A stretch of 64,000 bases of DNA from Polyangiales bacterium (GCA_038231275.1 JBBRLQ010000004.1:192001-256000), one strand, 5' to 3'. Shown: positions 1 to 12,292, counted from the first letter of the stretch. Made by a program: numbers and translations. The notes: generated by a model from the sequence alone, not told the origin.

Positions 1-108
1 GCCGCCAAGAGATCGTCCACCCGCACTACCTAGGGCGGCGGCCTCCGAACGTAAAGGCGCCTCGCGTGAAGCCTCACACGGCGCGCGCGATCACGGTAGA
101 CTGCTGCC

Positions 109-690
109 ATGGCCGACCCGCGCCGGCGTTCTCCGTTCAAGGGGCTGACGATGAGGCTCCCGTCGGCGAAGCCTCCGTCCATACCGGCGCCATCGTACGT
201 CCCGCCGGACTTCGCCGACACCGACAACGATCTCGACACCGCGCCGGTGACCGATCTCTCCAATCGCGGCGAGCACACCGAGAACGACGACGAGAGCAAG
301 ATCGAGATCGCGATCGTCCGCGAGGACGCGACCCCGCGCCGCGCCCGCTCGCCGTGGCGCGCGATCGAGGTGTGGACGAAGAACCGCGTCTACGGAATGG
401 ACTCGTCGTTCATCTGCATCGAGGTCGTCGATCGCGCGACGGGCAAGCTCGATCCGAACCACCCCATCCTCGGCGGGCGTCTGGGCGGCGGTCGACGGCG
501 CGGCACCAAGGGGCAGACGCTCACCCACCCGCTGCCACTCCCCGGCACCGAGGCGATGTTCCTCCGCGCGAAAAAGCAGGGGTATACGTCGAGCGTCGAG
601 CGCGTGATCCTCCGCGTCCGTGCGCTGCGCGTTCGGAACACGGTCACGTGGGAGCAGGTGCTCGACGTCGATCAGGATCTGCAGGACTGA
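109..690 (+). CDS. hypothetical protein (disordered acidic N-terminus, compact C-terminal domain)
   Basis: 193-aa ORF with high-GC3 codon pattern; protein-like C-terminal half (WRAIEVWTKNRVYG...YTSSVERV). Confidence 0.75.
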   Translation: MADPRRRSPFKGLTMRLPSAKPPSIPAPSYVPPDFADTDNDLDTAPVTDLSNRGEHTENDDESKIEIAIVREDATPRRARSPWRAIEVWTKNRVYGMDSSFICIEVVDRATGKLDPNHPILGGRLGGGRRRGTKGQTLTHPLPLPGTEAMFLRAKKQGYTSSVERVILRVRALRVRNTVTWEQVLDVDQDLQD

Positions 691-703
691 CGAGCCGCGT
701 CGC

Positions 704-1114
704 CTACGGATCGGGGCACGGGCCGCCGAACGCGCCGAGGAAGCGCGCGGCCCACACGATCAAAAGGAGCGCGACGACCGCCGAGGAAATGCGCGAGAGG
801 TGTGGGATCCTCGTCGCGCTGCCCCACGCGCCCGTGCGGGTGTAGTGCCAAAGCTCGAGACCCGCGAGCGCCGCGACGAAGGGCAGCGCCACCATCCAGA
901 GCGGGTGCATGTGGGTCGCCGCCGCGAAGTCGCCGTGCGCCGCGAGCCGCGCCGCGCGCGTGAGGCCGCACGACGGGCAAGGGATACGGAGGATCGTGTA
1001 AAACGGACACGGCCACCGCACGCCCAGCTTCGGCGCGAAGAAGAGGACGCCCGCGAGCGCCGCGACGACGAACGACGGAGCGAGCCTTCGAAGGCTCAGC
1101 CCGGCGCCTGCCAC
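704..1114 (-). CDS. DUF2752-family membrane protein
   Basis: WPCPFYTILRIPCPSCGLTRA...HPL signature with about 3 TM segments; start (GTG 1114) uncertain. Confidence 0.8.
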   Translation of the reverse strand: MAGAGLSLRRLAPSFVVAALAGVLFFAPKLGVRWPCPFYTILRIPCPSCGLTRAARLAAHGDFAAATHMHPLWMVALPFVAALAGLELWHYTRTGAWGSATRIPHLSRISSAVVALLLIVWAARFLGAFGGPCPDP

Positions 1115-2271
1115 ACCTTGTTGAGCTCCTCCTGGAGGAGGATCACGTTGTAGTACGGCACGAGGTACATGATGCCTTGGTTCTGCGGGTTCTGGAGGCC
1201 GGCGCGCTGCTGCATCTCCTGAACGAGGACCCCGCACTGCGTCACCTGCCAGTAGATCGCGTAGAGGCCGCACGTGACCGACGTGAGGAGGAAGATCTTC
1301 CAGAACGGCGCCGCGTCACGACCCAGGTACGCGTTGATCTCCTGGCAGGCGCGGTAAAACCAGAAGGTCTGGTAGAGCCCGCAGGAGACGAAGGAGTACA
1401 CGAGCTCCATCGTGCCGCTGCGCGGGATGCCCTTCGGGCCGTGCTGGCCCGGGCCCATCATTTGCTGGCCTTGCGGCGGCATCATTCCTTGCGGCTGGCC
1501 GTACGGCGCCATCATCCCCGGGCCACCTTGCGGAGCGCCCATCCCCATCTGCTGCTGCATCGGCGGCTGGCCCCAGTCCTGCGGGCCACCCTGCTGTTGT
1601 TGTTGTTGCTGCTGCGGAGGCGGGAAGCCTTGCTGCTGCGGAGGCGGTCCGTAGCCGCCTCCCCCGCCGCCGAAGTCTTGCGGTCCAGGACCACCAGGCG
1701 GGGGCTGTCCATAACCCCCACCGCCGAAGCCTCCCGAGCCGGGCTGTTGCGGAGCGGCCTGCGCGGGCGGCGCGCCGAAGCCGAACGGGTTGGGCCCATC
1801 CGCCGCGACGGTGCCGCCGAGCGGATTCACGGGGTTCATCGGCGGCGCGCCGAACGGCGGCGGCGTTCCGATGTTTCCCATTTGCGGCTGCTGGCCACCC
1901 ATCACGAACGCGGGAGGCGGCGGCACGTCACCGCCCGGCGGGATCGACGGCGGACGCGGCGGCGTCGGCGGGATGCCCATCGGCGGCGCGACGCCGACCA
2001 TCGTGCCCTTCAGCTTCGAAGGCATCGGCGCGGGATTCCCGAGCGGCGCTCCTTCTCCTCCTCCACCTCCGAACGGAGGACCGCCACCGGGCGGCGGAGC
2101 GGCACCGGCCGGAGTGGGCGGACGCGGAACGGCCGGGATTGCGCCCGGGTTGTTCATCATCAGCATCGTGCCCTTGAACTTGGGGGCGGCGGCGCCCTTC
2201 AAGTTGAAGTTGCACTTGGTGCACGTCGCCGCAGTCTCTGGATTCTGGGTCCCGCAGTTCGGACAGAACAC
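1096..2271 (-). CDS. zinc-ribbon / Pro-Gly-Gln-rich / DUF4234 membrane protein
   Basis: GTG start after GGAGG; CPNC..CTKC ribbon; C-terminal SCGLYxxFW and TCGLYxIYW motifs ending LLQEELNKVW. Confidence 0.85.
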   Translation of the reverse strand: MFCPNCGTQNPETAATCTKCNFNLKGAAAPKFKGTMLMMNNPGAIPAVPRPPTPAGAAPPPGGGPPFGGGGGEGAPLGNPAPMPSKLKGTMVGVAPPMGIPPTPPRPPSIPPGGDVPPPPAFVMGGQQPQMGNIGTPPPFGAPPMNPVNPLGGTVAADGPNPFGFGAPPAQAAPQQPGSGGFGGGGYGQPPPGGPGPQDFGGGGGGYGPPPQQQGFPPPQQQQQQQQGGPQDWGQPPMQQQMGMGAPQGGPGMMAPYGQPQGMMPPQGQQMMGPGQHGPKGIPRSGTMELVYSFVSCGLYQTFWFYRACQEINAYLGRDAAPFWKIFLLTSVTCGLYAIYWQVTQCGVLVQEMQQRAGLQNPQNQGIMYLVPYYNVILLQEELNKVWQAPG

Positions 2272-2491
2272 TGAGAAGTACCTCCGTACCGTTTCGCGCG
2301 TTGCCCCCCGACCACGAGCGGGCGTTCGCGGGGGGCAGCATAGAGCGGAAGTCGTTGGACCGGAACGGCAAACGACTGGAGCGACCCAACAAGGGGGTCT
2401 TGTTATCCAGCGTTCGGCCTCAATGTCTTTGAGCGCGCGCGCCCCACTCCGTCGCAAGGTCGGCGCTCGTATGCGCGGATCGATCCTGCCC

Positions 2492-2521
2492 TTGACACCC
2501 GTGCACCGTCGCCACTACCGT
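2492..2521 (+). promoter_or_regulatory. candidate sigma70 promoter for nuoE operon
   Basis: TTGACA (2492-2497), 18-nt spacer, TACCGT (2516-2521), about 120 nt upstream of nuoE. Confidence 0.5.
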
Positions 2522-2641
2522 CCGCGCCGCCCAGATCCGTATTTTCCCGACGATATTCCGCGACTTTGCTCAGGCTCCTGCCGGGCCACCCTGCTCCGGC
2601 CGCCGCTCTCCCCCCCGCCCCACCCCTCAGGAACTCCTGCG

Positions 2642-3121
2642 ATGCCCTTTGCTCTCAGCGCCGATCGCGAGCGTGAGCTGACCGAGATCCTCTCGCGCTA
2701 CCCGACGAAAATGGCGGCGACGATCCCCGCGCTCCACCTCATGCAAGCGCAAGAGGGCTGGATCAGCGAGGAGATGATGATCTGGCTCGCGCACAAGCTC
2801 GACGTGTCGCCCGCCCACGTGAAGGGCGTCGTCACCTTCTACCCGCTCTTCAACCAGGAGCCGGTCGGCAAGCACCAGATCTGGGTCTGCCGCACGCTGC
2901 CGTGTGCCCTTCGCGGCGCGGGCGACGTGATCAAGCAGTGCGAGAAGAAACTCGGGGTCCACGTCGGCCATACGACGAAGGACGGAAAGGTCACGCTCAA
3001 GACCGCGGAGTGCCTCGCGAGCTGCGGCACCGCTCCGATGATGCAGGTCGACAAGGAGTACCACGAGAACCTGACCCCCGAGCGCATCGACCAGATCCTG
3101 GAGAAGCTCCAACGTGATTAA
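2642..3121 (+). CDS. nuoE: NADH-quinone oxidoreductase subunit E
   Basis: VCRTLPCALRG and ECLASCGTAPMM 2Fe-2S motifs; ATG at 2642 inside the longer ORF. Confidence 0.95.
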   Translation: MPFALSADRERELTEILSRYPTKMAATIPALHLMQAQEGWISEEMMIWLAHKLDVSPAHVKGVVTFYPLFNQEPVGKHQIWVCRTLPCALRGAGDVIKQCEKKLGVHVGHTTKDGKVTLKTAECLASCGTAPMMQVDKEYHENLTPERIDQILEKLQRD

Positions 3122-4478
3122 GACGTGCACCCACCTCACGAAGCTGTACGGGAAGCCGAACGGCTGGTCCCTCGACGCCTACGAGCGTGAGCTCGGCGGC
3201 TACAAGGCCGCGCGCCGCGTGCTCACCGAGATGACGCGCGACCAGGTCGTCGACGAGGCGAAGAAGGCGAACATCCGCGGTCGTGGCGGCGCCGGTTTCC
3301 CCATGGGCGTCAAGTGGAGCTTCATGCCGAAGCAGGCGCCCGCCGGCAAGCCCATGTACCTCGCGGTCAACGCCGACGAGAGCGAGCCCGGCACGCACAA
3401 AGACCGCACGATCATGGAGGAGAACCCTCACTCCGTGGTCGAGGGCTGCATCATCGCCTGCTACGGCATCGGCGCGAACAAGGCCTTCATCTACGTCCGC
3501 GACGAGCTGCACCTCTCGAAGGCGCGCCTCTGGGCCGCGATCAAAGAGGCAAAGCAGAAGGGCTACCTCGGCGCGACGCCCTTCGGCAAAGCGTACCCGA
3601 TCGACATCGTCGTCCACACCGGCGGCGGCACGTACATCTGCGGCGAAGAGACGGCGATGCTCAACTCGCTCGAGGGCAAGCGTGGCGAGCCGCGCCTCAA
3701 GCCTCCGTTCCCTGCGCAGGTCGGCGTGTTCGGCTGCCCGACCACGGTGAACAACCTCGAGACCATCGCGATCGTCCCCGCGGCGTTCGAGATGGGCTGC
3801 GAGAAGTTCAGCCAGCAAAGCAGCCTGCACGACGTGAAGGACGGCGGGTGTCGTCTCTACGGCGTGAACGGCCACGTGAAGCGACCGCAGGTCGTCGAGC
3901 TCGCGGTCGGCGTCACGATGCGCGAGCTCATCTACGACATCGGCGGCGGCGTCACTGGCGATCGCGAGATCCTCGGCGTCATCCCCGGCGGATCGTCCAC
4001 CCCTCCTCTTCTTCCGACCGACATCCTCCACGCGCCCGACGAGAAATCGCCGATGCACCGCTTCCACGGCATGAACGTGCTCGACGTGCCACTCGGCGTC
4101 GACACGATGCGCGCCGCCGGCACGATGCTCGGCACCTGCTGCGTCACCGTCATGGCCGTCGGCACCTGCCCGGTCCTCGCGATGGAGAACCTGATGCAGT
4201 TCTACCGCCACGAGTCGTGCGGCCAGTGCACGCCATGCCGCGAAGGCAGCGCGTGGCTGAAGCGCGTCGTCAGCAAGATTTTGGACGGCGAGTCGTCGAT
4301 GGAGGAGCTGAACGAGCTCCACGACATCGCGAACAGCATCATGGGCAACACCATCTGCGCCTTCGGCGAGGGGACGGCGATGCCGGCGATGGGCTTCCTC
4401 AAGAAGTACCGCAAGGACTTCGAACAATACGTGCGCGGCGAGAAGACGCGCAAAGACGCGCGGCTGACGGTGAGCTGA
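3114..4478 (+). CDS. nuoF: NADH-quinone oxidoreductase subunit F
   Basis: RGRGGAGFP, NADESEPGT, YICGEETA, ESCGQCTPCREG, TICAFG motifs. Confidence 0.97.
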   Translation: MIKTCTHLTKLYGKPNGWSLDAYERELGGYKAARRVLTEMTRDQVVDEAKKANIRGRGGAGFPMGVKWSFMPKQAPAGKPMYLAVNADESEPGTHKDRTIMEENPHSVVEGCIIACYGIGANKAFIYVRDELHLSKARLWAAIKEAKQKGYLGATPFGKAYPIDIVVHTGGGTYICGEETAMLNSLEGKRGEPRLKPPFPAQVGVFGCPTTVNNLETIAIVPAAFEMGCEKFSQQSSLHDVKDGGCRLYGVNGHVKRPQVVELAVGVTMRELIYDIGGGVTGDREILGVIPGGSSTPPLLPTDILHAPDEKSPMHRFHGMNVLDVPLGVDTMRAAGTMLGTCCVTVMAVGTCPVLAMENLMQFYRHESCGQCTPCREGSAWLKRVVSKILDGESSMEELNELHDIANSIMGNTICAFGEGTAMPAMGFLKKYRKDFEQYVRGEKTRKDARLTVS

Positions 4479-4515
4479 CGCGAGCGCCGAGAAGACGGAA
4501 CCAGAAGAGCACACC

Positions 4516-5070
4516 ATGCACATGACCCTCCCCGATTGGTACTTCGCGCTGTGCGGCCTCGTCGCCGTGCTCGGCGCGTTCGTCACCGTGTCGAACCCCA
4601 ACCCCATCCGCGGCGCGATGGGGCTCCTCCTCATGATCCTGAGCATCGCGGGGCTCTTTCTGTCGCTCCACGCGCAGTTCCTGGCGGCGATTCAGCTCAT
4701 CGTCTACGCCGGCGCGATCGTCGTCCTCTTCCTGTTCGTCATCATGCTCCTCGGCCCCAGCGCGCAGACGCCGCGGGACGGGCGCGGCAAGATCGCGCGG
4801 TACTTCGGCGGCGGGCTCTTCGCGCTCGGCTTCGCGGGCGCCGGCTTCCTGGTCGTGCGCGGCGCATCCGCTTCTCACCCCGCAAGCGGGGGCCCCTGGG
4901 GCGCCCCTCCCATCGTCGACGCGGATTTCGGCGGAATCGACAAGTTCGGGCAGGTGCTCTTCTCGCACGGGGTCGTTCCGTTCGAGCTCTCGAGCGCCTT
5001 GCTCATGATCGCGGTCGTCGGCGCCGTCGCCATCGCGCGCGGCCGCCACAAAGGGGAGGAGCGCACGTGA
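4516..5070 (+). CDS. nuoJ: NADH-quinone oxidoreductase subunit J
   Basis: QLIVYAGAIVVLFLFVIMLL and PFELSS motifs. Confidence 0.95.
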   Translation: MHMTLPDWYFALCGLVAVLGAFVTVSNPNPIRGAMGLLLMILSIAGLFLSLHAQFLAAIQLIVYAGAIVVLFLFVIMLLGPSAQTPRDGRGKIARYFGGGLFALGFAGAGFLVVRGASASHPASGGPWGAPPIVDADFGGIDKFGQVLFSHGVVPFELSSALLMIAVVGAVAIARGRHKGEERT

Positions 5071-5372
5071 CCGGTATTGGCAACTACGTCGTCCTCTCGG
5101 GCGTCCTCTTCGCGATCGGGGGCGTCGGCTTCCTCGTTCGACGCAACGTGCTCGTCGCCCTGATGAGCATCGAGATCATGCTGAACGCGGTGAACCTGCT
5201 CCTCGTGGCGTTCAACCGGCTGCACGCGCAGGCCCTGACCGGCCAGCTCTTCGCCTTCTTCATCATCGCCGCCGAGGCCGCCGAGGTCGCGGTCGGTCTC
5301 GCGATCGTCCTGTCGCTCTTCCGCATCAAGCGGACGGTGCGCTCGGACGAAGCGGACCTGCTCAAGAACTGA
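5067..5372 (+). CDS. nuoK: NADH-quinone oxidoreductase subunit K
   Basis: GTGA overlap with nuoJ; RRN..MSIEIMLNAVN; AAEVAVGLAI. Confidence 0.95.
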   Translation: MTGIGNYVVLSGVLFAIGGVGFLVRRNVLVALMSIEIMLNAVNLLLVAFNRLHAQALTGQLFAFFIIAAEAAEVAVGLAIVLSLFRIKRTVRSDEADLLKN

Positions 5373-5390
5373 CCGGAGCCGTCACAAGAC

Positions 5391-7937
<2,547 letters not shown>

Positions 7938-7947
7938 GCACAACGAC

Positions 7948-9861
7948 ATGAGCACCGCCCACACCGAACCCGCCGAGACCGAGACGCCGAGCACGCCGCT
8001 CGGGCCGTCGCAGATCGCCACGCTGGTCGTCCTCGCGGCCCTCGCCGTCGTCGCGACCAAGCTGACGAACGTAGCGCTGCCGGTCATTGCCGCCGTCGCC
8101 ATCGCCGCCGTGATGCCTCGGCGGCACGGATGGGAGGTCCGCGCACCGATCGCCATCATCGCCGGCCTGCTCACCCTCTTCGTCGTGAAGATGTGGCCGG
8201 CCGCCGCGGGCGAAATCCCCGACGCGACGACGCCGCCGTGGGAGCCCCAGTCGCTCCTGTCGTGGCTCTTCGGTCTCCCGATCGCAGGCGCGATCGCGAT
8301 CCTCTTCTTGCCGCGCCAGGCCCCGCGCGTCCTCAAGTGGACGACGATGGTGGTCATGCTCGGGACGCTCGCAGCGAGCCTCCCGCTCCTCTCGATCTCG
8401 TACGGACGCGAGTTCCACTTCAACCAAGACATCGTGTGGATGGAGAAGCTCGGCATCCACTACCACGTCGCGCTCGACGGCATCTCGTTGTGGCTGGTCA
8501 TCTTGACGAGCTTCACGATGCCGATCGCGGCGTACGTGTCCTTCGGGAGCATCACGACGCGCATCAAGGACTGGTGCTTCTCGCTGCTGCTGCTCCAGGG
8601 GGCGATGATCGGCGCGTTCGTCGCGATGGATCTCTTCCTCTTCTATTTGTTCTGGGAGCTGATGCTCATCCCCATGTACGTCATGATCGGCGTCTGGGGC
8701 GGAACGAACCGGATCAAGAGCGCGCTCAAGTTCTTCCTCTACACGATGTTCGGCTCGGTGCTGATGCTGGCGGCGATCCTGTACATCGCCTACCAATACG
8801 CGCGCGTCTCCGGCGGGACGCCGTCGTTCGACTACTTCGAGCTCCAGCGCATGCTCGTTCCGCAGAACGTGCAGGCGTACCTGTGGGGCGCGTTCGCGCT
8901 GTCGTTCTTCATCAAAGTGCCGATGTTCCCGGTGCACACGTGGCTGCCGGACGCGCACACCGAGGCGCCAACCGCGGGATCGATCATCCTTGCGGCCATC
9001 ATGCTGAAGATGGGGACGTACGGGTACATGCGCTTCTGCATCGGGCTCTTCCCCGAGTCGTCGGCGGAGTACGCGGCCACCGCAGCGGGCTTCGCGGTGC
9101 TCGGCGGCATCCTCTATGGAGCGCTCTGCGCGTGGCGACAAGACGACGTGAAACGCCTCGTCGCGTACTCGTCGGTCGCACACCTCGGGTACGTGATGCT
9201 CGGTCTCTTCGCCGCGACAGGCGCGTCGCTCGAAGGCGCGCTCCTCCAAATGGTGAACCACGGCATCACGACCGGCGCGCTCTTCCTCTTGGTCGGCGTC
9301 ATCTACGACCGCCGCCACACGCGTCATGTCGACGACTTCGGCGGCCTCGCCAAGCCGATGCCCGTGTTCGCGACGATGTTCATCATCGCGACGCTGGCCA
9401 GCATCGGTCTGCCCGGAACCAACGGGTTCGTCGGTGAGTTCATGATCATCACCGGCACCTTCGTGTCGGCCAAGCTCGGACACGTCAACGGCATCCAGGC
9501 CGTCGGTGCGGCGATCGGCGTCATCCTCGGCGCGGTTTACATGCTGAGCGTCGTTCAGAAGATGTTCTTCGGTCCGGTGACCAAGAAAGAGAACCAGAAC
9601 CTCCCGGACATCAACGGCCGCGAGCTCGTGGCCGTCGCCCCGCTGGTGCTGATGATCTTCGTGATCGGGTTCTTCCCGAACATCTTCCTCTCGCAGCTGA
9701 AGCAGTCGTGCGCGCGCGTGCAGTCGGACCTCGAGGCGCGCATCGCGGCGAACCCCGCGCCGGCCTACTACACCGGGCCGCTCAAGCTCTTGCCGCGCAA
9801 GAGCGAGGCGCCCAAGGTCGTGGCCGCGGCCAAGACGGGCCAAGAAGCAGGGGGGAACTGA
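7948..9861 (+). CDS. nuoM: NADH-quinone oxidoreductase subunit M with N-terminal extension
   Basis: FWELMLIPMY, KVPMFPVHTWLPDAHTEAPTAGS, LKMG, GLPGTNGFVGEF. Confidence 0.95.
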   Translation: MSTAHTEPAETETPSTPLGPSQIATLVVLAALAVVATKLTNVALPVIAAVAIAAVMPRRHGWEVRAPIAIIAGLLTLFVVKMWPAAAGEIPDATTPPWEPQSLLSWLFGLPIAGAIAILFLPRQAPRVLKWTTMVVMLGTLAASLPLLSISYGREFHFNQDIVWMEKLGIHYHVALDGISLWLVILTSFTMPIAAYVSFGSITTRIKDWCFSLLLLQGAMIGAFVAMDLFLFYLFWELMLIPMYVMIGVWGGTNRIKSALKFFLYTMFGSVLMLAAILYIAYQYARVSGGTPSFDYFELQRMLVPQNVQAYLWGAFALSFFIKVPMFPVHTWLPDAHTEAPTAGSIILAAIMLKMGTYGYMRFCIGLFPESSAEYAATAAGFAVLGGILYGALCAWRQDDVKRLVAYSSVAHLGYVMLGLFAATGASLEGALLQMVNHGITTGALFLLVGVIYDRRHTRHVDDFGGLAKPMPVFATMFIIATLASIGLPGTNGFVGEFMIITGTFVSAKLGHVNGIQAVGAAIGVILGAVYMLSVVQKMFFGPVTKKENQNLPDINGRELVAVAPLVLMIFVIGFFPNIFLSQLKQSCARVQSDLEARIAANPAPAYYTGPLKLLPRKSEAPKVVAAAKTGQEAGGN

Positions 9862-9863
9862 TC

Positions 9864-11339
9864 ATGAGCCTCACGTTCGCCATCTCCCCGCTTCTCATCA
9901 TCGCCGTCGGCGCCATGGCGCTGATGCTCTCCGAGGCGTTCGCCAAGAGGAGCAGCGGCCTCGCGCTCGGCACCACGATCGTCTTCGCGGCGTCCGGCGC
10001 CTTCGCGATGGCTGTGTGGCTCTACGGTCTCGAGGACATCGAAGGGCTCGAGGCCTTGTCGCCTTGGCTCGTTGTCGATCGGTTCTCGCTCTTCTTCGAC
10101 GTGCTGCTCTGCCTCGGCGGTGCCCTCGCGGCGCTCCTTGCGGGCGGGTATTTGCCCGAGCACAACCTCGATCGCGGCGAGTTCTATTCGCTGCTTTTGT
10201 TCGCGACGTTCGGCGCCATGATGCTCGCCGCCGCGGGAGACGTTCTAACGTTGTTCTTGGGGCTGGAGACGATGTCGATCGGCGCGTACGCGCTGACGGC
10301 GTTCCGTCGCGCGTCGGCGAAGAGCGCGGAGGGTGCGCTGAAGTACTTCCTTCTCGGCTCGTTCGCCGCGGCGCTGCTCCTTTTCGGCTTCACGCTCATC
10401 TACGGCGCGACCGGCCACACGGATCTCGCGGGAATCGGGGCGGCGCTCAAGGGCGGCGCGAGCCGGCAGCCGATGGTGGTCATCGCGCTGGTGCTCATCC
10501 TGGCCGGGCTCGTCTTCAAAGTGAGCGCGGTGCCGTTCCACATGTGGACGCCGGACGCGTACGAAGGCGCGCCGACTCCGGCGACGACGTACATGGCGAT
10601 CGCCGTGAAGAGCGGCGCGTTCGCGATGATGCTGCGCGTGCTCCTCACGTGCTTCGGCGATCCGTCGAGCATGTCGTGGGCCGCGGGCTGGCCGCCGGTC
10701 CTCGCGTGGGTCGCGGTTCTGACGATGACTGTGGCGAACCTCATCGCCGGCCGTCAGGAGTCGGTCAAACGCATGCTCGCGTATTCGAGCATCGCGCACG
10801 CGGGGTACATCCTTGTCGCGGTGGTGGCGACGATGCGCTCGCAGACGGTCGCCGGCGCGAGCGTCCTCTTCTATTTGCTCACGTACACCGTCTCGACTGC
10901 CGGCGCGTTCGGCGCGCTCATCCTATGCGGGCGGCGCGGCGCGGAGGCGGTCTCGTACGAGGACCTCTCGGGGATCGGCCGTAGGCACCCCGCAGCAGCG
11001 TTGCCGTTTGCGCTCTTCTTGCTCTCGCTTGCGGGGATTCCGCCGACCGCTGGGTTCTTCGGCAAATGGTTCATCTTCCGCGCGGCCATGGAGAGTGGGC
11101 TGACGTGGTTGACGATCATCGCCTTCATCAACAGCGTCATCGGCGCGTACTACTACCTGCGCGTGCTGGTCTACATGTACATGCGCGAGCCAGCGGCAGG
11201 TGCGCCGGTAGCCGTCCCGATGCGCTCGGGGTACGTGACGGCGGCGCTCCTCGTGAGCGCGCTCTTGGTCCTGGCGCTGGGGCTCTCGCCGACGCGCTCG
11301 CTCGACATCGCCGTGCAGGCGGCCTCGCTCGGGGGATGA
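9864..11339 (+). CDS. nuoN: NADH-quinone oxidoreductase subunit N
   Basis: EGALKYFLLG, FKVSAVPFHMWTPDAYEGAPTP, KRMLAYSSIAHAGY, AGIPPTAGFFGK. Confidence 0.96.
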   Translation: MSLTFAISPLLIIAVGAMALMLSEAFAKRSSGLALGTTIVFAASGAFAMAVWLYGLEDIEGLEALSPWLVVDRFSLFFDVLLCLGGALAALLAGGYLPEHNLDRGEFYSLLLFATFGAMMLAAAGDVLTLFLGLETMSIGAYALTAFRRASAKSAEGALKYFLLGSFAAALLLFGFTLIYGATGHTDLAGIGAALKGGASRQPMVVIALVLILAGLVFKVSAVPFHMWTPDAYEGAPTPATTYMAIAVKSGAFAMMLRVLLTCFGDPSSMSWAAGWPPVLAWVAVLTMTVANLIAGRQESVKRMLAYSSIAHAGYILVAVVATMRSQTVAGASVLFYLLTYTVSTAGAFGALILCGRRGAEAVSYEDLSGIGRRHPAAALPFALFLLSLAGIPPTAGFFGKWFIFRAAMESGLTWLTIIAFINSVIGAYYYLRVLVYMYMREPAAGAPVAVPMRSGYVTAALLVSALLVLALGLSPTRSLDIAVQAASLGG

Positions 11340-12274
11340 GCCGCTCGTTCGCATCGTGGACGGCGCTCGCCTCGTTCGCGAGCGTCGTCGCGCTGCCGTG
11401 CTTGCTTGCGGCGTGCCCTGACCGCAAGGATCCCGGCGCGACCGCAGCGGATGCGGCCGCCGACGTGGCGACGGCCCGTCCTGCCGCGAGCGCGCCGGTC
11501 AACGCGCTGCCGATCCCGAGCGCGAGCGTCGCCGCGGCGCTGGGCGCCGACAGAATGCCGCCGTACAAGGGGCCAACGGGCAGCCTGGAGGGGACGATCT
11601 TCGTCAAGGGTGAGCCCGCGCCGGACGTGCAGGCCGACTTCTCGAAGTGCCCGAGCGGCGTGAAGACGTACGGCAAGCTGTTCCGCGAGGGCGCGCCCAA
11701 CGAAGCGGGCCTCCGGCCGCTCGGCGACGCGGTCGTGGGCGTCACCGGCTACAGCGGCTACTACATCCCCGAGACGCGCGAGGCGAAGCTCGTGACGATC
11801 GAAGACTGCGCCTTCACGCAACGCACAATCGATCTCACGTACGGACAGCGCCTCGACATCGCCAACAAGACGAACGTGATGTTCGCGCCGGCGCTCTCCG
11901 GCTTCACGACGCCGGCGCTCATGATCGCGCCGCCGAACGCCGATCCGGTGCATCTCTACCCGCCGAAGCCCGGCTACTACACGATGAGCGATCGCTTCGA
12001 GGGCGTGTACCTCAAGGCCGACGTCTACGTGGTCTTGCACCCGCTGCACGCGGTGAGCGATCTCGCCGGGCACTACCGCATCGACGGCATCCCGGCCAAA
12101 ACCAAGCTGAGCGTCTTCGCGCGGCTCGCGTCGATCGGCGAGGCGGCGACCGAGATCGAGGTCCTGCCGAACGTCGTCGCGAAGGCCGACCTCACGCTCA
12201 CGTACGCGTCGCCCAAGGACGCCGGCGCGCCGCCCAAGCCGAAAGACGCCGGCGGCTACGTGCCGCCGAAGTAG
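11336..12274 (+). CDS. lipoprotein with cupredoxin-like and carboxypeptidase-regulatory-like beta-sandwich domains
   Basis: ATGA overlap with nuoN; lipobox LLAAC; GSLEGTI, DCAF, HPLHAVSDLAGHYRIDGIP. Confidence 0.7.
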   Translation: MSRSFASWTALASFASVVALPCLLAACPDRKDPGATAADAAADVATARPAASAPVNALPIPSASVAAALGADRMPPYKGPTGSLEGTIFVKGEPAPDVQADFSKCPSGVKTYGKLFREGAPNEAGLRPLGDAVVGVTGYSGYYIPETREAKLVTIEDCAFTQRTIDLTYGQRLDIANKTNVMFAPALSGFTTPALMIAPPNADPVHLYPPKPGYYTMSDRFEGVYLKADVYVVLHPLHAVSDLAGHYRIDGIPAKTKLSVFARLASIGEAATEIEVLPNVVAKADLTLTYASPKDAGAPPKPKDAGGYVPPK

Positions 12275-12292
12275 TCGCGAGATACGGCTGCG

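Noticed and set aside
1790-2641. Long N-terminal ORF extensions on nuoE, the cyclase (20511), trypsin (18640), TPR (15753) and chrA (36826)
   Set aside because: They overlap real genes; internal starts with RBS, lipobox or stop/start overlap fit better.
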